NCBI GenBank assembly: GCA_963663225.1
Contig: OY760142.1
Coordinates: forward strand, 384,001-448,000
Direction: 5' to 3'
DNA from: Nitrospirota bacterium
GTDB lineage: Bacteria > Nitrospirota > UBA9217
Length of the DNA: 64,000 nt
The position numbers were made by a program, and so were the translations under genes. Numbering within the stretch: position 1 is the stretch's first letter; every line of letters begins with the position of its first letter. The notes under the pieces are model-generated. The model saw nothing but the letters and a program-made list of their open reading frames with translations, was not told where the DNA came from and did no database searches. This document shows positions 45,755-55,222 of the stretch, piece after piece.

Positions 45755-46615
45755 ATGTCGAAAAAAATATCGATTTCCCCGACTGGCTTTTCTCATACGA
45801 TGCTTCCAGTTGTGAATAAACCTGTATTTCGCATGGGTGTTGCCGGCTCCTATGGCATTGACTCAGCTGATATCAGATGGGCCGCTGATCAGGGGGTCAA
45901 TTACTGGGTATGGGGGAGAGGTTTCAGCAAAGTCACAGACGGAATCAGGGAGGTTATTAAACGCGATCGCGAAATCCACGTGGTTGGCTTGCTCGGGTGG
46001 GGATACTTCGGCTGGCAAGTGAGGCGCAGCGTCGAACATGCTCTGCGCATACTTGATACCGACTACTTGGATATTTTTAAGCTGGGATGGCTTGGCGTAT
46101 CGTCGATTTACAGCAAGGGAATAATAAACACCCTTCTCAAGCTCAAGCAAGAAGGTAAGATACTAAGCATTGGTACCAGCATCCATGACCGGAAGAGGGC
46201 CGGCAGTCTCGCGTCAGATTCCGAAATCGATCTCTTGATGATTCGATACAATGCAAAACACCCGGGAGCTGAACAGGATATCTTTCCCTACCTCTCAACC
46301 CGAAAACCAGCGGTAGTCAGTTATACGGCATTGGCTTGGGGGCAGTTGATCAGGCCTGTACGAGGAATCGTCATGCCAGCCTGGCCTGGCAGTGAGGGCT
46401 TCAATGGTCCGCCTCTTTCTCCTGAACTGTGTTACCGGTTTGTTTTGACTAATCCGAATGTGCATGTTGTACTGACCGGGCCTCAAAACCGGGCTCAGCT
46501 CAGTCAGAATATTTATGCATTAAGGCAAGGGCCATTGGAATTGGCTGAAATGAACTGGATCAGGCAGTATGGTCAATTGGTCAAATCAAAGAAAAGACTC
46601 GATTATGTAAAGTAG
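45755..46615 (+). CDS. Aldo/keto reductase-like protein
   Basis: L..LDTDYLDIF, LKQEGKI..IG.S.H, IRYN, YRFVLTNP.VHVVLTGP; AAGGAG RBS. Confidence 0.8.
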   Translation: MSKKISISPTGFSHTMLPVVNKPVFRMGVAGSYGIDSADIRWAADQGVNYWVWGRGFSKVTDGIREVIKRDREIHVVGLLGWGYFGWQVRRSVEHALRILDTDYLDIFKLGWLGVSSIYSKGIINTLLKLKQEGKILSIGTSIHDRKRAGSLASDSEIDLLMIRYNAKHPGAEQDIFPYLSTRKPAVVSYTALAWGQLIRPVRGIVMPAWPGSEGFNGPPLSPELCYRFVLTNPNVHVVLTGPQNRAQLSQNIYALRQGPLELAEMNWIRQYGQLVKSKKRLDYVK

Positions 46616-46766
46616 TCGCAACTATCTATGGCAAAATTGAAAGCCATGCTTTTTTCTGTTGTCTTACGAGAAATGAGCGTGAGTAATTTAAAATATAAAG
46701 ACAGAGCAGCCGCTCTTCTTTGAAGAACCCGATTCTACACCTGATACAATAACTGGGAGGAGGTCA

Positions 46767-46845
46767 GGGCTACAGCAAATGCTGTAACCCCTTGAGTGAA
46801 TTGATAGTGGGAGCTATTTGAACCGATGGCCTTCAGGTTATAAGC
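46767..46845 (-). repeat. Strongly decayed tRNA-fMet 3' fragment plus hairpin (att-like copy 1)
   Basis: Minus strand GCTTATAACCTGAAGGCCATCGGTTCAAATAGCTCCCACTATCA then AAGGGGTTACAGC-attt-GCTGTAGCCC; similar to 48648-48727. Confidence 0.65.
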
Positions 46846-47037
46846 GCGCTAAACGGTAGTTTTACAAAATCTTGATTTGCGCCTGGTTTCCCGTTTTGCA
46901 TTCATAATCAGCTAGTTGCCAGCCTTACGATGTTTTGCCCATATTGATAATTGCGTCTTTTTTGATATTTTTTATCACATTCATATTTATATTTTTTTAC
47001 ACAAACTGCCAACTCCTTCACATCGGCATTAACAGAC

Positions 47038-47247
47038 CTACCTTTTTACCGTCACGACCGACATAGGGGTCGTACCTGGGCTGAAGTTGCCGGTAAATGA
47101 CAATGTACCGCTAACAGTATTTGAGTAACCATTCGCCGCATAGAGGAACTTGCCGCTCGGATCTACGGTTACTGAATACTGTAAAGAAAGTTTCTTTTCA
47201 TTGAGTTTGTCTCCTGTAAACACCGCATACGTTTCCTCTCCGTTCAC
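47038..47247 (-). pseudogene. Internally deleted beta-propeller paralog remnant
   Basis: YSVTVDPSGKFLYAANGYSNTVS nearly matches a repeat unit of the adjacent gene and is fused to a terminal-blade-like segment. Confidence 0.6.
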
Positions 47248-47263
47248 CTTCTATTCCGCTGGC

Positions 47264-48382
47264 CTATTTTTTCCCTGTCGCAATAAAAACTGGACATACA
47301 CCAGCACTGTAGTTGGCACTAAGTGACAACGCTCCGGTAAAATTATTTATTTGATAGAGAGAAACAGTACCTGCGTAATTCGCTACATAGACGAACGTGC
47401 CGATTGGGTCTATGGTGGTTATGGAAATAGGATATGTACCAGCGCTAAAAGGGCTCCCGGTAATTTCTGTTAATGCACCGGTTGCGGAGTCTATCCTATA
47501 CGCCGAAATATTATTTGAATTAAAATTCGCTACATAGACGAACGTGCCGGTCGGGTCTACGGTTACTGATTGAGGAGACGTACCGGCGCTAAATGGGCTG
47601 CCGGTAATTGCTGTTAATGCACCGGTTGTGGAGTCTATCGCGTACGCGGAAACAGTATTTGGACCAGCATTCGCCACATAGACGAACTTGCCGCTCGGGT
47701 CTACGGTTACTGAATATGGACTATCTCCAGTGCTAAACGGACTGCCGGTAATTGCTGTCAATGCACCGGTTGTGGAATTTATCGTATACGCGGAAATATT
47801 ATTTGAGTCATAATTCGCCGCATAGACGAACTTGCCGCTCGGGTCTACGGTTATTGACCGAGGACCATTTCCAGCACTAAACGGACTGCTGGTAATTGCT
47901 GTTAATGCACCGGTTGTGGAATTTATCGTATACGCGGAAATATTACTTGTTAAAGCATTTCCTACATAGAGGAACTTGCCGGTCGGGTCTACGGTTACTG
48001 AATGAGGGTTAGTATAAGCACCAGCATCAAACGGGCTCCCAGTAATTTCTGTTAATGCGCCGGTTGTGGAATTTATCGTATACGCGGAAATATTATTTGT
48101 GCCCAAGTTCGCCACATAGACGAACTTGCCGGTCGGGTCTACGATTACTGATTGAGGAATCATACCAGCGCTAAACGGACTGCCGGTAATTGCTGTTAAT
48201 GCACCGGTTTTGGAATTTATCGTATACGCGGAAATATTATATGAGTCTTGATTCGCCACATAGGCAAAATATTTTGAACTGCTGCTGGTACTGCTGCTGG
48301 TACTACCGCCGCCGTTGCTGCAGCTTAATATGCCGATTAAAACAAAAATACCAATAAGGCTGTAGAGAAAGTTTTTTTTCAT
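47264..48382 (-). CDS. Lactonase-type 7-bladed beta-propeller lipoprotein with near-identical internal repeats
   Basis: Lipobox ILSC, Gly/Ser linker, ~47-aa repeats YVAN....NISAYTINSTTGALTAITGSPFSAG..P.SVTVDP.GKF. Confidence 0.9.
   Translation of the reverse strand: MKKNFLYSLIGIFVLIGILSCSNGGGSTSSSTSSSSKYFAYVANQDSYNISAYTINSKTGALTAITGSPFSAGMIPQSVIVDPTGKFVYVANLGTNNISAYTINSTTGALTEITGSPFDAGAYTNPHSVTVDPTGKFLYVGNALTSNISAYTINSTTGALTAITSSPFSAGNGPRSITVDPSGKFVYAANYDSNNISAYTINSTTGALTAITGSPFSTGDSPYSVTVDPSGKFVYVANAGPNTVSAYAIDSTTGALTAITGSPFSAGTSPQSVTVDPTGTFVYVANFNSNNISAYRIDSATGALTEITGSPFSAGTYPISITTIDPIGTFVYVANYAGTVSLYQINNFTGALSLSANYSAGVCPVFIATGKK
47320..48265. repeat. ~141-nt tandem repeat array (6-7 units) inside the propeller gene
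   Basis: Recurring GGTAATTGCTGTTAATGCACCGGTTGTGGAATTTATCGTATACGCGGAAA and CATAGACGAACTTGCCG.TCGGGTCTACGGTTACTGA. Confidence 0.9.
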
Positions 48383-48647
48383 TGAGCTTATCCCCTTTTT
48401 TCAGCTCCCCTATTCAAAATTAGCTTCTGGCAAAGCTGTGCAGAGCTATAATACCGTTACATTTGCTATATTACCATAGTATTACAGATATGCTTAACAA
48501 AAATATTCTTTTCTTAATATTTTTATAAGTGTTGCAATTTGTTGATTTGAGGCGTTTTCGTTAGCTATTACTGGTGAATTTGGAGAAAAGGTAACTTATT
48601 TTAGAAAAAGCTATGGGGATTTACACAGAGGTAACACATCAAAAGAA

Positions 48648-48727
48648 AAGGAGCTACAGCAAAAGCTGTAACCCCTTGAATTGATTGGTAGCGGGGGCCT
48701 TTGAACCGACGACCTTCGGGTTATGAG
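48648..48727 (-). repeat. tRNA-fMet 3' half (anticodon loop to CCA, 3-nt deletion) plus hairpin (att-like copy 2)
   Basis: Minus strand CTCATAACCCGAAGGTCGTCGGTTCAAA---GGCCCCCGCTACCA matches the 3' half of initiator tRNA-Met; 5' half absent; followed by AAGGGGTTACAGC-tttt-GCTGTAGCTCCTT. Confidence 0.8.
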
Positions 48728-48908
48728 TTCTGCTTAAAATGCTAATATTTTAGCGCAATATCAATACGTTATAATATTTTGGTGGAATTTACTTACACTT
48801 TTAATGCCATTTTATTATATGAATTTTTATATTTTTTTTTGTGTTTCGTTGTTGTGCTTTATTTACTAAAAGCGAAACATAAAAATGCAATTAATACCTA
48901 TCCTGAAT

Positions 48909-49969
48909 TGACCTTCCCCCAGTTATTGTACCAAGTGTAGAGTCGGACTTTTTCATATTTTTGATCTGAATTGCTTCTGGGGCCGGAGGCCAGTAACCCA
49001 GAGCACTATGTGGACGGATCTGATTATACTCTTTATACTCTCGCCGCCACATCTCACTCAAGACTTCTGCCTCTCTTATTGTCGTAAATATCTCTCGATT
49101 GAGAAGTTCATCCCGCAGTTTTCCGTTGAACGATTTGATGTAGCCGTTTTCCCAGGGGCTGCCTGGTTAAATAAAAAAGGTTTTGACCCCGACTCTGGAC
49201 AACCACTCCCGAACTGCCGTTGTCGTAAACTCCGAACCGTGATCAGAACGTATATGCTTGGGTACTCCTCGCATGATGAACAGATTGTAAAGCTGACTCA
49301 AAAAATCCTGGGCCGTAAGATGCCTGTTTACTACGATACTTAAATACTCCATTGTGAATTCGTCAATAATATTCAGTATGCGGATTGGACTGCCATTGGC
49401 AAGCCTCGCAGCCACAAAATCATAGCTCCAAATATGGTCTTTGTACTGAAGGCGAAGCCTGATGCAGGAGCCGTCATTAAGCCAGAGTCTATCGCGTTTC
49501 GGAGATGATCGTTAAATATTTTTGTGTTGATCTCGACTGACCTATAGTTCGGCAAACGCGCCGTTCTGAATACCAGAGGACTTGACGCACATGCTCTACG
49601 GCCCGGCCCCTACTGGCCGGGCTCAAAAGTTTCACTTCGTTACCTCGTTCAATATCTGATTGTCAATGAAAAGGTCGGTCACCAGCTTCCGGAGGCGGGT
49701 ATTCTCCTTCTCCAGATCCTTCATCCGTTTGGCCTCCGCTATCTGCATACTGCCATATAACTTGCGCCACCGATAAAACGTTACATCCGTCTTCTTGCAC
49801 ACCTTCCACAAAAGATGCGCCTTTGCTCAAGAGGAGCTCTGCCTCTCTGAGCATTCCCGACGATTTGCTCGTGGGTATACCTCATTCTCTCATCCATGAT
49901 TGCTCTCCCACTGGTTTATGTCACCATAGGTCCGACTCTCTGAGTGGTACTGTTTTCTGGGAGAGGTCA
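48909..49969 (-). mobile_element. Decayed IS3-family insertion sequence
   Basis: TG...CA ends with ~40-bp imperfect IRs (TGACCT...GTACCA...AGAGTCGGAC); OrfA remnant EQIVGMLREAE; OrfB remnants ILNIIDEFT, IRSDHGSEF, PGSPWENG..ERFNG split by frameshifts. Confidence 0.9.
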
Positions 49970-50009
49970 GTTTTGATCCTGGGATTCAAGTAGTTTTTTC
50001 ACCACTTTC

Positions 50010-50513
50010 TTATCCCGACGCTTCAGCTATATTCTGCTGATTTGTTTTTATCACGATGAGTTCGTCAAGACAAAACACTTTATCGATATCGAGAAGGAGA
50101 ATAAAACCATCACCTCGTTTTCCCATGCCTTTAATAAAGTCATTATTAACTTGGGAGCCGACCTTTGGATTCGGTCTGAAATCATCTGGCCCAAGATCAA
50201 TTACCTCTTGTACGGAATCTGCAAGCATTCCGACTATGATACTATCTCCGCTCAGAATAACCTCGCTTATAATAATGCATGTGTTTACCGTTTGTTCTGT
50301 CTTACTCATCTCGAATTTGAGCCTAAGATCTATAACTGGTACGACGCTACCTCGAAGATTTATTACTCCTCGCATGTAATCAGGAGTTCTCGGCACCTTA
50401 GTAACCGTTGTAAAATCCAGAACTTCTCGCACTTTCGCGATGTCAATGGCAAATACTTCTTGATCAAGCTTAAATGTTAAGTACTGGTCTATAGTTGTGG
50501 TAGATACGTCCAT
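50010..50513 (-). CDS. cheW: Chemotaxis adaptor CheW
   Basis: QYLTFKL..EVFAIDI..VREV, P.YMRGVINLRGSVVPVIDLR, G.LADSV.EV. Confidence 0.96.
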   Translation of the reverse strand: MDVSTTTIDQYLTFKLDQEVFAIDIAKVREVLDFTTVTKVPRTPDYMRGVINLRGSVVPVIDLRLKFEMSKTEQTVNTCIIISEVILSGDSIIVGMLADSVQEVIDLGPDDFRPNPKVGSQVNNDFIKGMGKRGDGFILLLDIDKVFCLDELIVIKTNQQNIAEASG

Positions 50514-50589
50514 AATTCTCTCCTTTTGAGATATCGAAAGGACCAGATCCATCCATCGTATATCTTGTGTTTGCCCTTACTCGAAAAAC

Positions 50590-52299
50590 TCAGAATTTTT
50601 CGAACTCAGCATCCCTTGAATCTCCATTACTCTTAGGCATGCTGATTACGGCGCCTGCTGGTTGAATTTGAGCTCGAGCTGGCACTTTTATACCAGTATC
50701 AGCTATTTTGACAATTTCCTTGTTCGTACTGGTAATGATAGATGTATCTTCTATTTTTTTTCTAGCCCCTAATTTCAGCTTTTTGTCGGCAGCATTGTCG
50801 ATATTAAAAAAAGAAATCGTATTCAACAACTGTTCCGATTGAGAAGAAAGTTCTTCTGCCGTAGACGCCATTTCCTCAGCCGCACCGGCATTTTGTTGTA
50901 TCACTTGATTTAACTGCTGTATAGCAGAATTAATCTGATCCGAACCGCTCGATTGCTCCTTTGATGCAGCATTTATTTCTTGCACAAGTTCAGCCGTTTT
51001 CTGAATATCCGGTACTAACTTTGTCAACATCTCACCAGCTTTTTCTGCGACTTCGACGCTGTTTGTAGACAGAGTACTGATTTCAGCTGCGGCCACTTGG
51101 CTACGTTCTGCTAGTTTTCTGACCTCCGATGCAACGACTGCAAACCCCTTTCCATGTTCTCCTGCTCTGGCCGCTTCTATGGCGGCATTCAACGCCAGTA
51201 GATTCGTCTGACGAGCTATTTCTTCGATGATTGCTATCTTGCTGGCTATATTCTTCATTGCTTCCACTGTTTCTGACACAGCCTTGCCGCTTTCCTTGGC
51301 ATCTTCTGCGCTTTTTAATGCTATCTTTTCAGTCTGTTGTGCATTTTCAGAATTCTGCTTGATCGTTGCGTTCATTTCTTCTACTGAAGATGAAGCCTCT
51401 TCCGCTGCAGCTGCTTGCTCAGTTGTACCTTGGGACATTTGTTCAGAACCTGCTGAAAGTTGTTGACTGCCAGAGGCTACATTATCGGCTGCAGTCTTTA
51501 CATCAGTCGTCACCAGTTTCAGCTTATCGACCATATCATTCATCGCGGCTGATAGTTGACCTATTTCATCTTTTCGTGCTATATCTATTTTTTGCATAAG
51601 ATCGCCCTTGGCGACAGCACTCGCGAAATCAACTCCCTTCTTAAGCGGTGCACTGATCATTCGGGATATAAAAACTCCTAATACAACAGCAACAATCAGA
51701 CCGACAAGAGTAACGGCTATTATTGTTTTCGTGACGAAACTTGATAACGCGGCATCAGCCTCTTTTGCTTGGCTTCCAACTTTTCGCTTCATATCAACCA
51801 TTTTAGCTATAGCATCATTCTCGGCTTTCGCGAGAGCAACAACTTCTCCGTTCATAAGTGCGTATGCTTCTGCTTTTTTCCCGTCCAAGGCGAGCCCTTC
51901 TAGCCTTTCGAATACAGGAGCATAATTACCTCTGGCATGAACGTATTCGTCAAATATTGCTTGACCTTCTTTAGTCAAAATAGTTTTTTGAAAACTATCT
52001 GATGCCTTAGTCATTGCATCCCTGTTGGCTTGCAGCTTGTCTCTTAGTTTTTTCCTCTCCTCTGACGTGTTTGCCTGAACCAAATCCCGCACATTAACTC
52101 TCAACATCTGGAATTCCGTTGATATAGTGACCAAGTCGCTTATTGGTACGGTAACGTGTGTGTATAACCTATCTCCTGAATCTTCCAATTTTTTTATGTT
52201 AATTACTCCAATCACACCAATCAATGTTCCGATCAAGGCAACTGCAATAAAACCGCCCAAAAGCTTAACACTTACTTTCATATTTTCGAACCACTTCAC
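50590..52299 (-). CDS. Methyl-accepting chemotaxis protein (4HB sensor, HAMP)
   Basis: Two TMs, [41 protein letters not shown]-terminal pentapeptide EFEKF; GAGGAGG RBS with GTG start. Confidence 0.96.
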   Translation of the reverse strand: MKWFENMKVSVKLLGGFIAVALIGTLIGVIGVINIKKLEDSGDRLYTHVTVPISDLVTISTEFQMLRVNVRDLVQANTSEERKKLRDKLQANRDAMTKASDSFQKTILTKEGQAIFDEYVHARGNYAPVFERLEGLALDGKKAEAYALMNGEVVALAKAENDAIAKMVDMKRKVGSQAKEADAALSSFVTKTIIAVTLVGLIVAVVLGVFISRMISAPLKKGVDFASAVAKGDLMQKIDIARKDEIGQLSAAMNDMVDKLKLVTTDVKTAADNVASGSQQLSAGSEQMSQGTTEQAAAAEEASSSVEEMNATIKQNSENAQQTEKIALKSAEDAKESGKAVSETVEAMKNIASKIAIIEEIARQTNLLALNAAIEAARAGEHGKGFAVVASEVRKLAERSQVAAAEISTLSTNSVEVAEKAGEMLTKLVPDIQKTAELVQEINAASKEQSSGSDQINSAIQQLNQVIQQNAGAAEEMASTAEELSSQSEQLLNTISFFNIDNAADKKLKLGARKKIEDTSIITSTNKEIVKIADTGIKVPARAQIQPAGAVISMPKSNGDSRDAEFEKF

Positions 52300-52644
52300 G
52301 ATATACCTCCTCTGAAATATTGTTTAATCAATGATATAAAGAACGACTTTTCAATTTTTAGTACCGATATGCCACCTCCCCTCGTTGACAGAGTCTTTTC
52401 GTGCTTTGTTAACGCTGCAAGATTAAATACCGAGCATCAAATTCAGCATCTTTAATACGAGCAGCCTTTCCATCACGCATTATACGTTCATAAATAATTC
52501 AAGTTTTTAAAGACATCTAGCGTTAATCATGTCAACTAAATAATCAGGTTATACTCGTCATCATTTTATAAATATCGTCGAGGTAATCTTCCTTGATATC
52601 TCAAATCATTAAGAGCGATGTTTTTATTTGTATGATTTTGAATA

Positions 52645-53010
52645 TCATCTTACAAACCTTTTTACCACATCCATAAGCTGCTCAGGTTTAAAGGGTTTAA
52701 CGACCCAACCGCTTACTCCGACATTCCTGGCTTCTAACTTTTTTTCTTCCTGAGATTCGGTAGTCAACATGACAATTGGCATAAACTTGTGGGCTACCAT
52801 GCCTCGGACTTGCTTAATGAGGGCGATCCCGTCCATCTCGGGCATATTTAAATCGGTAATTATCATATCAATTTTGGTGTTATCCAATTTTGTAATTGCA
52901 TCTTTTCCACTATCTGCCATGACAACATCATAACCTGCGTCTTTAAGCGCAAAATTTACAAGCTGCCTCATAGAAGCCGAATCATCAACGACTAAAAAAG
53001 TTTTCGACAT
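52645..53010 (-). CDS. cheY: Chemotaxis response regulator CheY
   Basis: LVVDDS, ITDLNMPEMDG, MLTTES, GWVVKPF. Confidence 0.93.
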   Translation of the reverse strand: MSKTFLVVDDSASMRQLVNFALKDAGYDVVMADSGKDAITKLDNTKIDMIITDLNMPEMDGIALIKQVRGMVAHKFMPIVMLTTESQEEKKLEARNVGVSGWVVKPFKPEQLMDVVKRFVR

Positions 53011-53032
53011 ATTGCCTTTCTCCGTTATCCCT

Positions 53033-54184
53033 TTACGACTCTGCAAGTGTTCTATTCATAACAGATCGTTCCGATTCCATGGTGTACAAATCTCTTAGCC
53101 AAAACGCCGAGTCATTGACACTTCGATCAGAAGACTGAAATCGAACTGCCGTCAGCTTTTTAACCATTTTCTCAGAATCTTCCCTGAATTTAGTTAGCGC
53201 CTCGATTACATGTTCAATGCGTTGTTTTGTAATATCTTGAAACTGCATTGAAACAACGATATCGCTGATATCCTTTGCAAGATTTTTTGTCTCCGTTGTA
53301 AGCTCATTTAATTTCATCTGCGTATCTTTAATGGCGTCATTAATTCTAGTTAAGGCGTCTTCAACCGCCAGATCAGCTTCTGCCACGCGCTTACTGCTGG
53401 AAGTGACTCCGAATTCGCTTTTTTGCAATGCAATTTTCAAATCACTACCAATTTTAATTATCGTATTTCTAATCCGATTTGCAGCATCGTTTGAGCGTTC
53501 AGACAATTTTCGTACTTCTTCCGCAACAACACCAAATCCTTTGCCAGAATCTCCTGCTCGTGCTGCCTCTATGGCTGCATTTAAAGCCAGAAGATTTGTT
53601 TGTTGTGCAATATATTCTATATCTGTTACAATCTCGCAAATTTCTTCTGCATCATCCGTCATGACTTTCATGTTCTGCATCGTTTCTGCAGTTATCACCT
53701 TTATTTCTTCCATATCCCTAAGAACTTTTTTGAATGCTTTTTTCGCAACTTCTATAAATGCGCCCTCTTTCGCTGTTCCAACAAAAATGCTGAATGCATC
53801 AGAAGCCTTTGATGCATGGCTCCGTGCTCGCTCCACCATATTCATAAATTTCCCACCCATATCTAGAGCGGCTTGTTCTGTCTGCGAGGAAACCTCTTTA
53901 AGTTGATTCGCTAAAACTGGTACTAATTGATTCCTATCTTTAAGATGATAGGCAATGGGATGTACGACCTGTATCAATTCATCAAACATTTCTTTTTGCT
54001 CTTTTTTAAGTCTTCCTTCTACGTCTTTCAAAATTTTTTTTATTTTCACATAAGCAATACACATAAATCCGCAGGTTACAGTTACAAGTACGATTAACCG
54101 TAACAGCCTATGCTCGATTAAGGACATTAATGCAATGGATAGTAAAATTAAAAATGCATAAATCATAGGTTGAAGTTTAGTCAT
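53033..54184 (-). CDS. Short MCP-like protein with C-terminal QFQD..KQ (CheZ-like) motif
   Basis: [20 protein letters not shown] hairpin tip; [14 protein letters not shown]; YTMESER tail. Confidence 0.85.
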   Translation of the reverse strand: MTKLQPMIYAFLILLSIALMSLIEHRLLRLIVLVTVTCGFMCIAYVKIKKILKDVEGRLKKEQKEMFDELIQVVHPIAYHLKDRNQLVPVLANQLKEVSSQTEQAALDMGGKFMNMVERARSHASKASDAFSIFVGTAKEGAFIEVAKKAFKKVLRDMEEIKVITAETMQNMKVMTDDAEEICEIVTDIEYIAQQTNLLALNAAIEAARAGDSGKGFGVVAEEVRKLSERSNDAANRIRNTIIKIGSDLKIALQKSEFGVTSSSKRVAEADLAVEDALTRINDAIKDTQMKLNELTTETKNLAKDISDIVVSMQFQDITKQRIEHVIEALTKFREDSEKMVKKLTAVRFQSSDRSVNDSAFWLRDLYTMESERSVMNRTLAES

Positions 54185-54249
54185 AGATAAAAAATTCCTC
54201 TTTCTATATTATTGACGCACGATGCAGCCGATTTTATCAATTGAGTCTT

Positions 54250-54276
54250 TTATCGGTATCGATTTTTTTAACTTTA
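54250..54276 (-). promoter_or_regulatory. Sigma28 (FliA) promoter for the chemotaxis cassette
   Basis: TAAA-N15-ACCGATAA, one mismatch to TAAA-N15-GCCGATAA, about 65 nt upstream of the MCP-like gene. Confidence 0.75.
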
Positions 54277-54428
54277 GTTTTTGGATTAAATATTAGTATT
54301 TAAATACTTTTTTGAAGGAAAACTTGATTAGCCGTGTAGGGACAACTTATACATATTGTAAGGAATATTTGATAGCGGGTCAGAGTTGATGATTGTCTTG
54401 AAAGATATTAATTTAATAATCTAGGCAA

Positions 54429-55109
54429 CTAGAGTTGAAACAAACTAACTAACGTACCAATGGATACTAAGCTATGCTCTATGGCAAACTTGATTAGCCC
54501 CGGGATACCTTTGACACCTAATTTTTTCATCATGCGACTGCGATAGGTTTCGACGGTTTTTTGTGAAATTGAAAGTTTCTTCGCAATTTCAGCATTTGTG
54601 TCTTCTTTGACCACAAGTCTAAGAATTTCTTTTTCACGAAAGCTGAGCCGGCTGACCGGGCTAACGTCAGCATAGCCCTCTGGAACAGAAATATGTGTTT
54701 CGATTATTTTGTCAGCTATTTTTTTACTGAGATAGCGCTTGCCAGCAAAGACTTCTCTTAGCGCTAAAATTAGTTCAGCGCTAGATGATTCTTTCGATAA
54801 AAGTCCATTTGCTCCTGCCCGAAGTGTTTGAGAAATGTATTCACTAGAATCATATGCAGAAAATACTATAACTTTTATTAAAGGGTATTTTCTCTTCAAC
54901 AAGCGTGTGGTTTCTATTCCATTTAAACGAGGCATTACTATGTCCATAATGATAATATCTGGTATAGTCGGGCAAAGTTTATTTACCATTTCTATGACTT
55001 CACTACCATCTGATGCCTCTCCCACTATCTTTATATCTCGCTCAGCGCCTAAGAGCAGCCGCAAGCCTTCCCGAACAACAGCATGATCATCTACAATTAT
55101 TATATCCAT
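54429..55109 (-). CDS. NarL/LuxR-family response regulator
   Basis: IVDDHAVVREGL, IMDIVMP, LS.REKEIL, NAEIA..LSIS.KTVETYRSRMMKKL. Confidence 0.93.
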   Translation of the reverse strand: MDIIIVDDHAVVREGLRLLLGAERDIKIVGEASDGSEVIEMVNKLCPTIPDIIIMDIVMPRLNGIETTRLLKRKYPLIKVIVFSAYDSSEYISQTLRAGANGLLSKESSSAELILALREVFAGKRYLSKKIADKIIETHISVPEGYADVSPVSRLSFREKEILRLVVKEDTNAEIAKKLSISQKTVETYRSRMMKKLGVKGIPGLIKFAIEHSLVSIGTLVSLFQL

Positions 55110-55222
55110 AATTATCAATGTCCCGTTTATTCTAAAGAATAGTTGTTTTTCGAGAACAAATACTTTTATATTCTGCATAAAGAACGACTTACGCTAAACA
55201 AATGATAAAATATAGGAGAACT

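Noticed and set aside
47320-48265. CRISPR array or DGR-like repeats
   Set aside because: The repeats are ~141-nt in-frame coding units without unique spacers; no cas or reverse transcriptase gene is in the window
48686-48727. Functional tRNA-Met gene
   Set aside because: The 5' half is missing and the T-arm has a 3-nt deletion
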